This document shows positions 63,514 to 64,000 of a DNA stretch of 64,000 nt, piece after piece (position 1 is the first letter of the stretch; the number at the start of each line of letters is the position of its first letter). The DNA lies in IMG/VR virus record IMGVR_UViG_3300020202_000001, positions 124,001 through 188,000 of that record, one strand, 5' to 3'. Position numbers and translations under genes: made by a program. The notes below the pieces were generated by a model. It did no database searches. It saw only the letters and a program-made list of their open reading frames with translations, and was not told the origin of the DNA.

Positions 63514-64000
63514 ATGAGCATGCAGCTTCGTAACCCCAACGGCGGCGACAACCGGGCCTACGCACCCTACCGGGACGTGGCCCACAACTTCCGCTTCGTC
63601 GTCACCGAGGTGGCGGAGCGGCTGACCGACCACCGTTGGAAGGAGCTGCACGCCGTCGTGCTCCCCGAGCCCACCCCGGAGCAGCTCGGCCAGGCCTCGC
63701 AGGCGTTCATCACGTTCGTCGTGTCCGCCACGCAGGACAAGAACGAGAAGATGTACGACGCCCTGAAGCGGTCGGGCTGGTTCGACTGCCACCCCAGCGC
63801 CCAGGCGATCTACATGGCCACCCTCGGGGCGGTCATGAGCGGCATCTACTTCAACGGAGCCCGCGAGGCCACCCTCGGCGGCGAAGGCCCGTGCAGCGAC
63901 GTCGCAGGCGTCGTCCGCGCGGGCCGTGAGTTCCACCAGCTGATCTCCGCCCCACGGTGGAAGCGCCCGTGGCTCAAGCTGAAGAACAAGCTGGCGAAAG
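63514..64000 (+). CDS. hypothetical protein, truncated by the window end
   Basis: AAGGAG RBS before ATG 63514; open frame (MSMQLRNPNGGDNRAY...) to the end of the window. Confidence 0.65.
   Translation, partial: MSMQLRNPNGGDNRAYAPYRDVAHNFRFVVTEVAERLTDHRWKELHAVVLPEPTPEQLGQASQAFITFVVSATQDKNEKMYDALKRSGWFDCHPSAQAIYMATLGAVMSGIYFNGAREATLGGEGPCSDVAGVVRAGREFHQLISAPRWKRPWLKLKNKLAK

Noticed and set aside
1-64000. Alternative genetic code as an explanation for the long overlaps
   Set aside because: TAA, TAG and TGA all end conserved genes at the expected positions and are followed by new RBS/start signals, consistent with code 11.
1-64000. tRNA/rRNA genes, inteins or group I introns in terL, polA, dnaB or recA
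   Set aside because: No cloverleaf or T-loop signatures were noticed. The enzymes show contiguous motifs without intein C/S...HN boundaries or homing-endonuclease inserts.

Overview
This is a 64-kb, very GC-rich segment of a large tailed-phage genome (jumbo-like); the host cannot be determined from the window. About 80 densely packed genes lie almost entirely on the + strand. The left half (1-35 kb) holds accessory and regulatory genes: an ECF sigma factor, a PD-(D/E)xK nuclease, an Hc1-like protein, RNase H, dCTP deaminase, a Nudix hydrolase and a PAPS-reductase/methyltransferase cluster. Two isolated minus-strand genes also sit there, a terminase large subunit and a probable virion protein. 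The right half (35-64 kb) is a replication, recombination and nucleotide-metabolism block: SbcD/SbcC, SF2 helicase, DnaB-like helicase, primase, UDG-fused PolA, Tmk, acidic SSB-like protein, RecA and ThyX. Four features stand out. (1) A CRISPR-less module inside the recombination operon, made of a catalytically degenerate IS110/Nop-like protein and a stand-alone Cas7/RAMP-like protein with its own sigma70 promoter, flanked by long stem-loops. (2) Ten copies of an AT-rich 20-bp quasi-palindrome (TNNAAAAACCGGTTTTGAGA) every 2.6-9.2 kb in both orientations, one inside a CDS and one next to the promoter of a ParB/DUF1016N-like HTH gene. (3) Pervasive same-strand dual coding, including a complete 2-TM gene nested start-to-stop inside the PAPS-reductase gene. 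(4) An sso-like structured element beside a degenerate HUH Rep-like gene. All assignments come from motif recognition by eye; no database searches were run.
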